From Eledone cirrhosa (Eukaryota): a DNA stretch of 64,000 bases. The notes below the pieces were generated by a model, which saw nothing but the letters and a program-made list of their open reading frames with translations, did no database searches and was not told where the DNA came from. The stretch is from positions 19,716,001-19,780,000 of the forward strand of contig OZ024758.1 of the NCBI GenBank assembly GCA_964016885.1, read 5' to 3'. The position numbers were made by a program, and so were the translations under genes. Below are positions 1-20,266 of the stretch, piece by piece. Numbering within the stretch: the stretch's first letter is position 1; every line of letters begins with the position of its first letter.

Positions 1-1601
<1,601 letters not shown>

Positions 1602-1757
1602 TTTATTCAAACATATAGACCAGCATTAAATATAGTTGAATATACCTCATGTTAACACCAGAACATGCTACCCATACAAACAGACACACACAACACCTAT
1701 ATTCGAAGATAAATACCAGAACTAAATAAAACTTAACATACGTTAATACACTAACAC

Positions 1758-1985
1758 CTTAACATGCTAACCATGCCCCCTCCCCCCACACACATAATTC
1801 CCTCCCCCATTTCTACTAACGGAATCATTCTCCTACACACGCACACACACACACATATATATATTCTCTCCATCTTAACATGCTAACCATACTCCGACAC
1901 ACACATACACATATAACACCCAAACACACACGCACACAACACCCTCCTCCATTTCTACTAATATAATCATATTCCTACACACACA
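1758..1985 (+). repeat. Diverged tandem duplication, period about 116 bp
   Basis: cttaacatgctaaccat...cc.ccatttctactaa...aatcat..tcctacac occurs at ~1758 and ~1874. Confidence 0.7.
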
Positions 1986-2071
1986 CCACACACACACCAA
2001 CACACAAATACAATTACATATCTCTACTTTCTGTATTTCAATAGAAAGTCTGAATTTTGGCACCCCAGCAT

Positions 2072-2550
2072 ATCAGCCATACTCACTGAACCAGAACAAT
2101 TCTCACAAGCCCGTTTTTCTTGACCATTTCTTTTATTTGGCACAAAATTCTCTAAATGGCTACAAAAGAAATTCCCAAATAAGGGCGCATAATTTAATGT
2201 ACATGTTTTCGTGACAGTCATAATTTCATTTATAACCAATCAAATTACATTTCATCACATCAGTCATACTCACTGAACCAGAACAATTCTCCTCATGCCC
2301 TTTTTTCTTGACCATTATCTTTTGTTTGGCACAATATTCTCTAAATGGCTACAAAAAAATTCCAAAATACGGCCGCGAAATGTAATGTACTTCACGTAAC
2401 AGTGTTAATTTCATTTATAACAAATCAAATTACATTTATAAAAGCCTTCGTGAGCCACTTTTTTTAAGTGAAAAGAAATTCAAACACAAACTGGCGCGAA
2501 AGTTGATGTACTTATTCACGTGTCTGCATCAACCAACCAAATTACTTTTC
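2072..2550 (+). repeat. Diverged tandem duplication, period about 187 bp, two copies plus a partial third
   Basis: atcag(c/t)catactcactgaaccagaacaattct...ctctaaatggctacaaaa...caaatcaaattacattt at 2072 and 2259; a weaker third tail near 2494-2550. Confidence 0.8.
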
Positions 2551-3852
2551 TAAAAACCTAGCATTTCGAGCCACTTGTTTTCCATATAAAACAGAAGTAA
2601 CATTGGAACACCGCCCAGAGGCGAGAAAAACCACAAACCTTCCATCTCAATTCTGCTTTTGAAAAGGACAAGAACTGCGAAACCGGTAACGGAACGAAAT
2701 AAATAAATATGTTTTTAAAAAAGACTCCAGCTGCATTTTCGATTTCATATTTTTTCCTTATATATATAAATGTATATATATATATATATATATATGTGTT
2801 TGTGTTTCTCGACCCGGCGTGCAATGTGGGTGAGCTCGGTAATGGTGTGTTCGCAGCGAGGAAGACGCCATTGACGGCCTATATATATGATATATATAGT
2901 TATGTGTTGCTGCATGTGTGTAAAGTTTTAATTTTTCCATGCACATATGTATCTGTCTGTTGGAGTGTGAATAAATGGCTTTATTAATTTATGAATGTGA
3001 TTTCTGGTTGAAAAAATTATTGCAATGGGACAGCCTTTTACTCTCAGTTATGAGTATAATTTAGATTGAATGTATTAGGAGCATAGTCGATTTCAGACAT
3101 GTTTCATTTCGGCTCTCCAGCCTTTTTATTTATTATTTCTAAATAATTGATATAATGAAATACTGCTCGCACATAATTGGATGTTGCACATTTAATACTC
3201 ACGGGAAACATAAAATTATCTGATGTTGTTATGTTGCCACAGTTTTCCTGATTACTAATAAATTCGTTAAATTTTGTTGAGTCTAATTCGCCAAGTGTGA
3301 AATGAGATTCGTATATATGTTCTGAGTCATCAAAAAGTTAAACAACAACAGATTGCAAGTTGCAGGTAAATGTTTAGACAATTGATCTGCACACGCAATA
3401 AACTTTTACAAGATAAAACATCTTCTATATTCAATAATGAGTAACCAGACATGTTATAAATTAATATATGTGTCAAAGCATTTCAAATAACTTACCACGA
3501 TATTAATTATATATTTTAGATTTTATTAGCATTTGTTTTATCATGTTCATACGATGCATAGCACTATATACTTTCAGATATGTGTTTATGAATAGTAGCA
3601 GGTCATCTACGTTAAGGTAACATCGGTCATATAATATAAATTATGTCCAAACAGTCTGATTTCTTCTTCGATATGTTCATTCACCAAACAGAAACAGGAA
3701 AATATTGGCATAATATCAGTTGAAAATGAGGCTATTTATGGATAAACGACATATATATTCATTTACATCTATTACAACATATATAATATAATATAGTATA
3801 TATAATATAATATAGTATATATATATATAATATATATATGATATATAATATA

Positions 3853-4040
3853 GGGCAGTGGATTGGCAGTATCGGTAGAGGGTCGGACGCCATGCTTTCC
3901 GGTATAGTTATGTCCCTTAACAATCTGAGTTCAAATCCCGCCGAGGTAGACTTTGCCTTTCAATCTTACGGGGTCGATAAAATAAAGTACCAGCAATCCA
4001 GTGGGTATTTGCTGGCCTTGTGCCTAAAGTAGTAACAATT
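3853..4040 (+). mobile_element. tRNA-derived SINE (octopod type), full length
   Basis: A-box-like tggcagtatcgg, B-box gagttcaaatcc, core gactttgcctttca.tcttacggggtcgataaaataaagtacc, tail tggccttgtgcctaaagtag.aacaatt. Confidence 0.9.
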
Positions 4041-4105
4041 ATATATAATATAGTATATATATATATAAATATATTATATATAATATAGTATATATATATA
4101 TATAT

Positions 4106-4145
<40 letters not shown>

Positions 4146-4307
4146 ATATAGTATATATATATTATATATATATATATATTATATATAATATAGTATATAT
4201 ATATTATATATATATATATATTATATATAATATAGTATATATATATTATATATATATATATATTATATATAATATAGTATATAGATATATATATATATAT
4301 TATATAT

Positions 4308-4520
4308 AATTGTTTCTACTTTTGGCACAAGGCCAGCAATTACCCAGTACATTACTGGTACTTTATTTTATCGACCCCGTAAGGATGAAAGGCAAAGTTA
4401 ACCTCGGCGGGATTTGAACACAGACCGTAAAGGGACGTAACTATGCTGGAAAGCATGGCGTCCGACTCTCTTGGAAAGCATGGCGTCCGACTCTCTACTG
4501 ATACTGCCAATCCACCACCT
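4308..4520 (-). mobile_element. tRNA-derived SINE with an internal 25-bp tandem duplication (4447-4471/4472-4496)
   Basis: Reverse complement of the SINE at 3853; tggaaagcatggcgtccgactctct occurs twice. Confidence 0.9.
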
Positions 4521-4533
4521 TATATATAATATA

Positions 4534-4576
<43 letters not shown>

Positions 4577-4589
4577 TATATATAATATA

Positions 4590-4644
<55 letters not shown>

Positions 4645-4884
4645 ATATAATATATATATATTTATATATTATATATAATATAATATATATATATATATAT
4701 ATTATATATAATATAATATATATATATATATATATATTATATTATATATAGTAGATACATATATATATATATTTTCAAAAATACATATTTATCTAGAGAG
4801 AGATAGTCTATATATATATATATATATATATATTATATTTTCAAAAATACATATTTATCTAGAGAGACTATATATATGTATATA

Positions 4885-4936
<52 letters not shown>

Positions 4937-6090
4937 ATGTGTGTGTGTGTGTGTGTGTGAACGTGTGTGTTGCTATGGCCGTATAATCGTTTAAAGTAGA
5001 AATTAAAACCTCCATTATACGATTATAGCTTTAGTAGCATCAGAATATATTTTATTTCGTGAACATCATTTTGCACTTCATGGATATGATATACTGTACA
5101 ATAATCCTGTATCTCCTTCTGAATTACATACATTGAGATGTGTATTGCCAATGCGAATCCATTAGCCTTAGGGAAGTTTATAGTTATTTCCTCAAGCTAG
5201 GACAGTATATTCTTACAATGCTCTGTATATTATGTAACACATGAATGGATTATATTCTGCATAAAGCATCGCATAATTTATAATAATGTTGAATATTGCG
5301 CTTAAACTCATATTTTTGCAAAGAAAAAGTAGTTTTAATCTATTACATTTAAACAAGAAACGATCCAGTAACTTTTAAAAAAAATCTATCGTATTAAAAT
5401 ATCACGAATGCTATGTACATCTTATATCGTTGCGTTTATTACACATCACTAAACATATTAAAATGCATTGTTGCTGTAGAGGTAAAGACTGATATATATC
5501 TATACCTACTCACATTCATAGCTCTAAATGTGTGCATCCTTATTTTCTCTGCCATATTACAGTGTGTGGTTTAGAACTTTAGAAAATTTCGGATATATTA
5601 TTTCCCGATATTTAAGATGACACTTAGTTTTGAAATGTTCATTCTATATTTTTTGTCCAATTTGAATCACACTCTGTATATTACTGATTTAATAACCGAT
5701 ATTAAACACCCAAGCTATTAAAGATTACTATAGGTTTTAAGTTCATCGAGGCCGAAACCATTTGTATCACCCGTTATACTAAGACACTTACCAAGATTTG
5801 AACTTGTGTTAAAGTTTAGGAATTAATTACATAGTCCCATTGAATACCAAACCTCTGCGTTCTTAGGTGATCTCATGGAATCATCAGCAATATAAGTGGC
5901 GTTACAATCGTTTCTGTAGATTACAACTTCGTTAAAAGGAAAGGTTTTTCAACGATATGTCATAGTATGAATGTGATTGTGGTACATATATGTGTATCTG
6001 CAAGTGAATGTTAAGGCTATAGCTACTGGGATCTTAGATAGGGAAGGCTGAATACCTACAACGCTTAACTGGGTGAAGCTGTTATTTTTA

Positions 6091-6262
6091 ATAGTGGTTT
6101 CTTATATAGGCACAAGGCCAGCATTACTGGTACTTTATTTTATCGACCCCGTAAGGATGAAAGGCAAAGTCAACCTCGGTGGGATTTGAACTCAGATCGT
6201 AAAGGGACATAACTATGCTGGAAAGCATGGCGTCCGACCCTCTACTGATACTGCCAACCCAC
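6091..6262 (-). mobile_element. tRNA-derived SINE
   Basis: ttatcgaccccgtaaggatgaaaggcaaagtcaacctcggtgggatttgaactc core on the reverse strand. Confidence 0.9.
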
Positions 6263-6300
6263 ATGTTGTCCAATTGTTGTAAATATGTATTATTCTTTAT

Positions 6301-6479
6301 CGGTGGATTGGCAGTATTGGTAGAAGGTCTTGCAGCAAAGAATTACGGCCCTTTATGGTCCGAGTTCAAATCCTGCCGAGTTTAACTTTGCCTTTCATCC
6401 TTACGGAGTCGATAAAATAAAGCACTAGTAATACACTGGGATAATTGCTGGCTTTGTGCCAAAGGTAGAAACAATTATT
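6301..6479 (+). mobile_element. tRNA-derived SINE
   Basis: A/B boxes, core and tail; head-to-head with the copy at 6091-6262. Confidence 0.9.
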
Positions 6480-6633
6480 CTTTATAGCAGTAATGATCTA
6501 TGTACATATAGCTTTACTAACTAGCCTTATATCGGTTGTGATAGGGTTAAATCAAATTGACGTGGTCAGGTCGTTACTCTTCTATTTATTCACCCTGTAT
6601 ATACCCATGCATTAATTATACCCATTATTTATA

Positions 6634-6793
6634 GACCACATGCTTTGTAGCATAGTAGTTATCGCCTTTTATGGTCTGAGTTCAAAACCTGCCAAAGTTA
6701 ACTTTGATTTTTATGATTACTAGGTCGATAACATAAAGTACCAGTAATACACTGGCATAATTGCTGGCCTTGTGGCAAAAGTAGAAACAATTA
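6634..6793 (+). mobile_element. tRNA-derived SINE, 5'-truncated and diverged
   Basis: gagttcaaaacc...gtcgataacataaagtaccagtaatacactgg...gtagaaacaatta. Confidence 0.8.
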
Positions 6794-6829
6794 CTTTTAG
6801 ATCCCGGTCACAGCACCGCTGATACTCGC

Positions 6830-6838
6830 TATCTCTCT

Positions 6839-6880
<42 letters not shown>

Positions 6881-7135
6881 CTATATATCTCTCTATCTCT
6901 CTTTATCTTTATCTTTTTCTTTCTCTCTCTTTCTCTTTCTCTCTCTCTCTCCCTCTCTCTCTCTAGTTCTCTCTTTTTCTCTCTATCTTTCTTTCTGTAT
7001 TTCTCTTTCTCTTTCTTTCTGTATTTCTCTCTCTATTTATTTTTGTATTTCTCTCACTCTTTCTTTCTGTATGTTCTCTCTATTTATTTCTGTATTTCTC
7101 TCCCTCTTTCTTCCTCTCTCTTATTCTCACTCCCT
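6830..7135. repeat. (CT)n / pyrimidine-rich low-complexity tract
   Basis: ctctct runs with tttctgtat variants. Confidence 0.9.
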
Positions 7136-8554
7136 ATGTATATATCCATTAAAAGGTATATTGATCTCTATATGTAGGCGATAATCTAATAGACATGCTG
7201 CTATGAGTGTTAAGTGTTATGATGAAGTAAATGGACGAAAATATCGAAGATAGATTCATATCTCAATTTTACAAAAATATAGTAAACTGAGAAACATCTA
7301 TTAATTTAAATTGATACCACAAATATAAAGAACAGTTCTGTCAATAATTGAAATATGGAATTGTTTAAGAATCGATGTACTGCACATAACACGAGTTAAA
7401 AATAAAGTAAATGTAGATGGTGTACTCTAGTTAATCATTCATAGTATACCATTAACATAAATGATTTACTTGTTGTAAAGGATATTACAAAAGTGATAAA
7501 TAATTATAAAATCAATAGCCGCACATGCTTTCATGAATATATGTGCAAGGACAAACTTTAAAAACTGAAAATACAAAATAGGTTCAGCTGTAATGTTGAC
7601 AGAAATATTACATTTGTCTTAAATCATGACGCATATTCAACTACAAAAATATAATTGATTTTGCACTTTATATGTAAAATAGTTTTGCATGATATTTACG
7701 TTGGTTAACTTATTCAAGATCCATCTCTAATTGATTAAACTTAATTTACCAAACAATAGAGCTGTAATTTTGATTGTGTTCAATAAATTAAACCAGAGTA
7801 CACCGAAACACGTCTTAAACGAACACATACATTGAATACAACGAACATTATTAGTCATTTATCCATTGTAATTGGATAAATAATATTATAACTTTAGATA
7901 GGTATGGAATATAATTCTAGTTTATTGGATTTCGTGAGTGAAACGTTAGTAGTGATGAGTTAATCGCTAACTAAATATACACTATTGCTGGGTCAATAGG
8001 ATTTACATTTCATTGATGGCTAACCGAATCAGGAAATATTCATTCAATTAATTCGTACTATATAATATCGATCGTGTCACGTCACAAATAATCAAATATT
8101 GTAAACAATTCTTTACATACAGATCGAAAACCAATGGAATTAAATGTTTTCTTTGTGAAGGTGTTTAAATTTATTTAACATTATCTATACTACAGTGTAG
8201 ATTTAAACACATTTCGGTTCTAATTGTAAGCAAATACAATATTATATCTGGCATACATACGTCTATGCATGTATGTATGAGTGCATATGTATGCATATAT
8301 GTGTGTATGCACCTATGTGTGTATATGCACCTATCTGAGTGTGTATGTATATATGTATGAGTAATTTGTTTTATGTTTGATCTATAATGTTGAGTCTAGG
8401 GCCCAATGGAAAGTGTTATATCCTGTTTTCATACTCAATCAACTTACACAAGAACACTGGTGTGTTATACCCGAAGTAGTAGAGTACTGAGTCCATGACA
8501 CGAGTTCGGTAGAAGTAGTTCCACAACAGTTAGTTCACCATATGGGAACAAATG

Positions 8555-8606
8555 TTTCTGACCGAGCTGAAGATCCGCATAAGGTGAAATATTTGTGTGA
8601 GAATGT
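8555..8606 (+). ncRNA. Degenerate hammerhead-like motif (probably inactive)
   Basis: CTGAAGA(8567-8573)-tccgcataaggt-GAAA(8586-8589)-tatttgtg-TG; cleavage position is G and stem I pairing is not convincing. Confidence 0.35.
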
Positions 8607-9390
8607 GTGTTTGTGTGTCAGCCTTTGCTGCATGCTGTTGGTGCGTGGTTCTGTGTGTGCGGGTGTATATGTTTGAAATACCACCGTGTTATGCTATGTA
8701 GATTCTCTTCTTTATTGGAATTCAATTATCAGCAGCTACTTTTAACACAATGTAACTGATTTATTATTTAATAATTTGTGAAATGAGTTGAAGGTTGCAT
8801 GGTATTGTGTTTGTGGACATGAAAATGGCCAGATAGACTATGTACGATTAAAGTCTTAAAGTGGGAAGCTTTCACCAAGAAAACTATGCAATTAACATTC
8901 TTTCAAATATATCCCAAACTAACCTGTTAATCAAATGTCATTCGTCGAATTCTTAGTATTTCCTATAATACTTTCTATTTTGATCTAAATATTAAATATT
9001 GCCACCGGCAACTACTGTTTCAGCAATTTGTGTTAAAGAAAGGTTTCGCCTTAATTCAGCATATTTACTACGCCTACAACTTGCCTCAAGGTGAACATTC
9101 ATCGATCGACTCCCATTCGATTCCTATTGACTCGTTCTTCTCTCTTTCATTTTTATTCTCCACCCTTTCTCTTTATTTCAATATTTTTTCTTTAATGTTC
9201 TTTCGTTCATTTTCTTTGTAATTTTGATTGACGTTCACTATATGTGTGTGTGTGTGTGTGCGTGTGTGTGTGTGTGTGCACATATATACACACGCATATA
9301 TATATACACACACGCGCATATATATATATATACACGCACGCACGCACGCATACACACACATAGACACACACACACACACGCACATGCACA

Positions 9391-9431
<41 letters not shown>

Positions 9432-10559
9432 CTAATACATTTCTGCATATTCACACACATATACATAGTGTTAGAATGTGTATTTGTGTTCGCATGTGTG
9501 TGTCTGTTCCATAATGAATGTTGACTTTCTCTACTATCTGCACAATTTTCTCTGTTTACACTTATTTCGTTTGTGATTTTCGTCGAATTCGTACAGCAAG
9601 AGAGTCTATTCGAAGGCATCACGTATGGCTATCTTTACTAATGATAAAATTCTCAATTGAATTGGCTTGTTAGACAATCAGTACTGGTCAACATTGAGTA
9701 TTTATTATCTGATTGTCAGGAGATGACAATAAATTGAAATGCTTGAAACGCAAATGAGAATGTAAATATCAGTTCTGCGTGGTCAACTTGCCAAATCCTG
9801 AACAGATAAAAAAGCGAAAGGTTGCCAACAGACAATTGAATTATGCCATTCACCATTTTTTCAACTCATCTTCACATTTCTCATCTATATGGCTTTTGTT
9901 AATCATATCGTTATAGTTTCACTGTTTTCACTTCTTTTATTACCTTTCTTCAGTTTGTTTAGTTTTCTTAATTCGTTTCCTCGTTCGATTATTCTATATT
10001 CAATATTTCAAGCTATCCTTCAATTTCTGCCCTGTTTTTTTTAACATTCTCCCAATATATATTGGTTTAACTTCATTTCACAATACATTTACGTTTTTCA
10101 GATATTAATTTTCTTTCTGTGTGAAGTTCCTACATGCCTCTGTAAGAAAACTTAGAGCACGAAATATATAAATTCAGTGTTACTATGCTAACCATTTTAT
10201 TCTACTTCTACATTAATAAGATGGTGATGCTCGGTGTATATTCAGTTGAATTAGATGTCATAAGATTAATGGACTTTTCGATAGACACGTGCCTTTCCTC
10301 CTGTGTATCTCAGATTTGGTGTTAAAAAACGTAATGTTATTTACCCTGGGTTTTTTAGCAGTTAATCCATTTTTTTTATATTTCATCTAAGTGATGAATA
10401 ATATGATGGTGATATACATTGTTATAGGTGCAAATTATCATGAAATTTAATTGCGTGTATATTTGTAAATATAGAATAGTATGTTGTAACAAATGAAACG
10501 TTGTTTCATTAAAGAAAACAGTAATTACACATCACAATGCCCCAAAGCCTGTTGCGTCG

Positions 10560-10705
10560 GAAAACATGCTTTGCTGCATAGACATACATCCCTTTACGAT
10601 ATGGTTCAAATCCCACCGAGGTTAAATTTTCTTCTCACCCTTCCGGTAAAGACCTGGGATAGACGTAATCGATCTTCACTTCCCTCAGAATAACTGGCCT
10701 TTCAC
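10560..10705 (+). mobile_element. Degenerate SINE copy
   Basis: catgctttgctgcatag...ccctttacgatatggttcaaatcccaccgaggttaa...aataactggcctt. Confidence 0.65.
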
Positions 10706-12216
10706 ATATATGTATAGGTAATTTATTTGTGTAGTCGTCCAATATAGATCTTATTCCGTGAGATGAATTTTCAAATTATCAAAAGTACTCGCTTGATTAG
10801 TTTGTCAAAATATAAGATTAACTAAGCCTTGCGGCATTTTATGGATCGTAGTACACCCTCAGAAGAATTTGGCCATCAGTATCTGTTTGGGATTTCTGTA
10901 TCAACATTATTACATGCTTGGATATCCTAGTAACCTAAAGCAATCACCACATATCAATGATCATATTAATTATCATTTGTTTAAAACGCTGGTATGAATT
11001 TATCGGATAATAGATGGATGAATATCCTGTAAAATCGCTACGAGAAATATACTTCGTACTTAGCGATAACAAATTATATTGCCCGTTAAGAGATTGTTAA
11101 TTATACAATGATAGTTATGATTCATATTATATATTGCTATTATTTATATATTCATTTAAGTGATGTTTAAATACATCGAAATTGCTATGTGTGAGTAAAA
11201 ATTATAATAGCAATTGCAGTAATATCATTGCCGCTTATTTCAAGTGATATTTAGAATTATAATACAACATTCATGTATAGGGAAATTGCAAACCGACTCT
11301 TCTCTATACAGAAATATTTTATTAAGATAATCGGAGTTGACAACGACCGGATAAGATATATGATTTGCAGCATTCCTAATAATCTTTGGTTATAAACATA
11401 TGTGTTAATTATATATTTTAATAAGAGGAAGGCGGAGAAAATTATTAATGGAAAATATATATTTGCACATATACGGACACAATAATTTATCTATCTTTAA
11501 GTAACAATTTATTCATGTATTGATGGTAATGATTATTGCGACCACGTCTATAATCATATTTGCACATCTTGAAGTTATCTAAATATTCCCCTAACTTTCA
11601 TAAGATTAGTAGCTCTATTTAATATATATTGACCGAACTGGCATTGATCTTCCTGTACACTGAAATGATTTTTCAATATATCGTTTTCTGCACCTCGAAT
11701 AACGATGGAAATAATTAGACAAGCCTAGCAGTTACTAAATGTGATAACGAACACTGTGCCGCTTGGATAATTATGAATTGTAATTTTGTATAGATAGTTC
11801 AATATGTAATCAATGATTTAACCATGTGCTCCTCTAATTACTGAACTCCGTTAGTTTTTGTACATACGATTTGTCTATACTAATCTATGAATCTAAAAGA
11901 GGAATCATCATTTACCTGCAGAACAGATAGTATAGATCTAAGCATATGATTGTTATGAGGAAGGTCAGGTGCGTAACAAGATTGGTGGGATATATAGATG
12001 GAATGCAGAACAAAATACGCGCATGATGCTTTCATATCCACAGGAGGAACATATCTAATATTTATGTCATTTATTGACCATGGTTGAGTCAATAATTTAT
12101 TATTGAACACGGGACAATAAAGAAACATGACAAGAGGAAGAAAAGATGGTCAGTGGGAATGTCTAAATATTAAATTTAGAAGTTATTTGAAATCAGATAA
12201 GAAATATATGACCTGT

Positions 12217-13152
<936 letters not shown>

Positions 13153-13672
13153 ATGTATATATATGTATATATCATGGTCAGGTCGTTGGCGACTAAACTG
13201 GCAACCCCACCAAGGTTTCTCGGTGAGGAGGGTGACTTTGGACGTCCTGCAGGACTAAAAACAAAACCTGTCAAAGGGCATAGGAGCTCTTAAGAGTCAA
13301 TGGCCATCCAAAATCACCGGGAGAGATACCCCTTAGCCTTTGTCAAGACAGAATTCTAGGAGAAGGAAAACTCTGATATATCACCTGCAACCCTGATGGT
13401 ATCCAATGATGATGACTTGTTCTTCTTTTTGGGAAATATCATCTTAGTTAAGAGAGTGGGACTGGCTTTGTGCAGTGCCTTTGCTCACTATAAAAGCTTC
13501 ACGGCACAGGCATTGCTTATATCTGGAGATCTCTCTGCACTTGTCATCACATGGTACCATGGGCCCAGCGCTATGTGTCAATAATTGGCACAAGTGTAGT
13601 GTTTGTACCAGAGTTTTCAACTGGCCGGACTAAAAAGTCACACTCCTTCAGCGCATCAGTAGGAGTTCTCCT
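13153..13672 (+). mobile_element. Probable 5' UTR fragment of an RTE-type LINE, embedded between two TA arrays
   Basis: GC-richer island containing ctaggagaaggaaaactctga, a motif I recall from RTE-clade 5' UTRs; no RT sequence follows. Confidence 0.45.
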
Positions 13673-13717
13673 ACATATATATAAAGTAGCGGCTGTACTC
13701 TAAAATGAGTTGGCAGC

Positions 13718-17046
<3,329 letters not shown>

Positions 17047-18682
17047 ATTTCGTTTCTGAATGTGTTTAGCAAATTGTATAATAACAAATTGTATTATGTC
17101 AAACTGTATAATAGGTAGTATGGGTGTTGTCCCTATATCAATCGATTGACGTGGATTTTGCTGTGGAGAAATGCTTAGAAATGATCAGTGAGAGCAATGA
17201 TGAATTCCGTGGGATTGATACCAGTGAGCAGTGACACCTACTTAAACTTAGCTATCGTACTGATTATCTAGATACATATGACCTTAGCAACCTGTGCCCT
17301 ACAAGACCACCAAGAGGCAGACCACCTACCATTACCTCAATGTCCAAGAAAACCCACACAGAAAGATGGAACGGGTGGACCAGAACCGTATAGACCCCCG
17401 AAAGGCACGATGAACTAAAGAAAATGATTGCACAAGCGGTGGGGGACCAGTATAAAATTAACCTTTAAGGAACATATGTTCAAATTTAATGCCAAAACAT
17501 ATGCCCAAGAGGAGGGAGCTGTCATTGGTGTTAGCATTGAAGGTGACATAGCTAACCCATTTATGGTATGGTGGGGCAATAAACTTAAACTTAACGAACA
17601 ATTAGCAGACAGCCACCTCTTAACCCTGATAATGTACTCTCGCTACGTTGATGATATATACATCGTAGTAAAAACACCCCCACTAGAAAATAGTCAGGGT
17701 TTAGAGAAAAACACCATGGAACGCATCCAGCGATTAGCTAACTCCATCCAACAGAGTATTAGAGTTACTATAGACTACCCAAGCACCCCCCCCCCAACCA
17801 TCGATTACCTGTACTAGACACAGAGCTCTTGTTAGAAACCATTAATAACAAAAAAACAAATCCTCCATTCCCATTATGCCAAACCCATGATATCCAAATA
17901 TCTGATCCACCGAAACTCAGCTGTTTCGGATCACACCAAAATCAACATACTGATTGCGCATCTGGTACAGGTTATGAGAAACGTGGCCCGCATGTGCAAC
18001 ACCAAAGAACTAGAGAGACACATACAACACTTCAACCCCCGTATGCAGTTCTCTGGTTACAATCAGAGAGATAAAATCAGAGTAGAAATGTAGTATATAG
18101 TATAAGATGTACTGAAGGACAATGTAAAGATAAAAATATAGTGTACATAGGTGAGACAGCACGTAGTATAGGAGAACGGCTACATGAACACTGGCGAGAT
18201 CTTCAAGATAAAAAAAGAACCATCAATACTCCACCAACATGCTAAAATAGAACATAAGGGCAAATTAGAGAGCATAGAAATAAAAATAGGATCTACACAC
18301 AAAAAAGACGCAATGTTTAGAGAACTCACAGAGGCAATAAACATAAATGAACTCCAACCAAAATTAAATAGAAAATATGAATGGAACAGCAACATCACAC
18401 CTTAAAATTAAGGACAAAATGAAAACACACACACATACACACAGAACAACCAACCAACCAGTAACATGTAAATAAACAAATAAATAAACAAATAAAAACA
18501 CACATAGACAACCGGACAAACTAAGCACACAACACACGCAAACAAGATGGCGTAGGACAGAACAAAGGAGAGGCACAAAACAAAGGAAATAAATTCTTAA
18601 ATTTAATTTATAATAAATTGGAGTGAAGCTTTGGTGCGTGTGTTTCTTATTGGCAGCATGACCCTCCCAAAGCATAACAATA
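17047..18682 (+). mobile_element. Penelope-like element, family A: 5'-truncated and decayed (RT + C-terminal GIY-YIG + 3' pLTR), with a short inverted 3'-end fragment at its 5' edge
   Basis: RT motifs SLYQSID (~17127), GAVIGVSIEGDIANPFM, YSRYVDD, LPVLD, YAKPM..LIHRNSA; GIY-YIG half VYIGETARSIGERLHEH (~18142) and ..RELTEAININELQPKLNRKYEW; flanked by TA-rich arrays. 17047-17072 matches the family's extreme 3' end in reverse, as seen at 32904. Confidence 0.88.
17120..18405 (+). pseudogene. Frameshifted and internally deleted PLE reverse transcriptase / GIY-YIG endonuclease ORF
   Basis: Track ORFs 17428-17817 (YVDD), 17887-18093 and 18184-18405 are fragments of one ORF broken by stops, frameshifts and a deletion near 18100. 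Confidence 0.85.
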
Positions 18683-20266
18683 TATCTATATCTATCTATC
18701 TATATATCTATCTATCTCTATCTATATATATATATATATAAACTAAACAAATCTCACTGTAAATGCATTGAAGATATATTTGCTTCATCGGTATCATTGC
18801 TACAATGCAGTACAAACAAAAACGCACATACATTCATATACGTAAACACATATTATAAAAGTTTTCAAACTGGCTGACGGAAGCAGGTTATTTCCATTTA
18901 ATTAAAAGCAAACATATTGCAATATTTTTCGAATAGACATTTTGTCTTTTGTAGGAAGATATATGGATAGCCTGATTTGAAATAGACCGATCGCAACTGT
19001 ATGTAAAATGAATAAATAAATAATAATTAGTATTATGACCAGCATCAGCATCATTATATTTATCAGCGTTATTATCACTATTATTATTATTGGTGTTGTT
19101 ATTGTTATTGAAGCTGATTTTGTAGTTGTTATAATTTAAATGCAACAACTATAATATATCGATTTACTTGGAATTCATCTGCAAATCAATCGAACATATA
19201 ATTGCAGAAAAAAAAATTCAATAGATTTATATTCGATAATATCAATCGGTTTTTGCAGGTGTAAAGAGAATAGGACATTTAAAATTGCAATCATACACAC
19301 GGACATCCAAACACACCTCAAACAAATTCATATCAGCATAGACAGTAGATCGATACAATTGTAATATTAATATATATATATATATTCAGAGAAGTAGAAG
19401 AGGAATAGAGGCAGAGATATTTAGAATGTTCTAGCAATAAAATGGTTGAAATCTAACGGATGATATATTGCCCGGAACACAACTTACAATACACAGTTAC
19501 TTAATTTTCAACGTTAAAACAACATGCATTAACATTTATTTTCCCCAGGAATATATATCCTATTTAAACAAATAATATCGAAATACATGGCTAAGTAATA
19601 AGATATAAATTGAAATAAATAAAACAACAAAATATAATTAGTACTTACCTAAAAGCATTTTATTACTACATAATTATATTATATACATTTATATGAATCG
19701 AACTTCTCCCACTTTCCAAACCATCGATATTTTATCAACACATTATTCAGAATGACTGATCTATTTATCAGTACAGTAATATCAGATATTCGGTAAAATA
19801 TATTAGAAACATTTATTTCAAAATAAGCATATGTAACAACGTTAGATGATTTATGAAAACGGATTTTGATATATTTAAATCGAATATATGTTGCTGTTTG
19901 CAGATTAAGGCGCAACAATCGAAACTTACTTTCACCATTCCAATTAAATAAATTAACATTTTCTGATTTATTTACTGAATCACATCTACTTATATACTGT
20001 AGTCTATTGTTAATAGAATAACCCCATGTTACTTTAATAACAAAAGTGGTTCTGATATTAGTCATTTAGGTGACAAGACATTAATTCCTAGTTTTCCTGA
20101 TTTATTTTTTTCAATCTTTACCTTGAAAACATATATATATATATATATATATACACACAAACATACAAACCATACATTTTTCAAATGACAAATAAAGGGA
20201 TACGAATGCTTCGTATTTTAAAGGATATTATTCAGGATATAAGAGGTGGTTATTATTGTTATTAGA

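Noticed and set aside
3853-3930. tRNA genes
   Set aside because: The A/B boxes belong to SINE heads that continue into the SINE core and tail; no complete cloverleaf.
19679-20065. 128-aa minus-strand ORF
   Set aside because: AT-rich, with no recognisable domain; compatible with chance.
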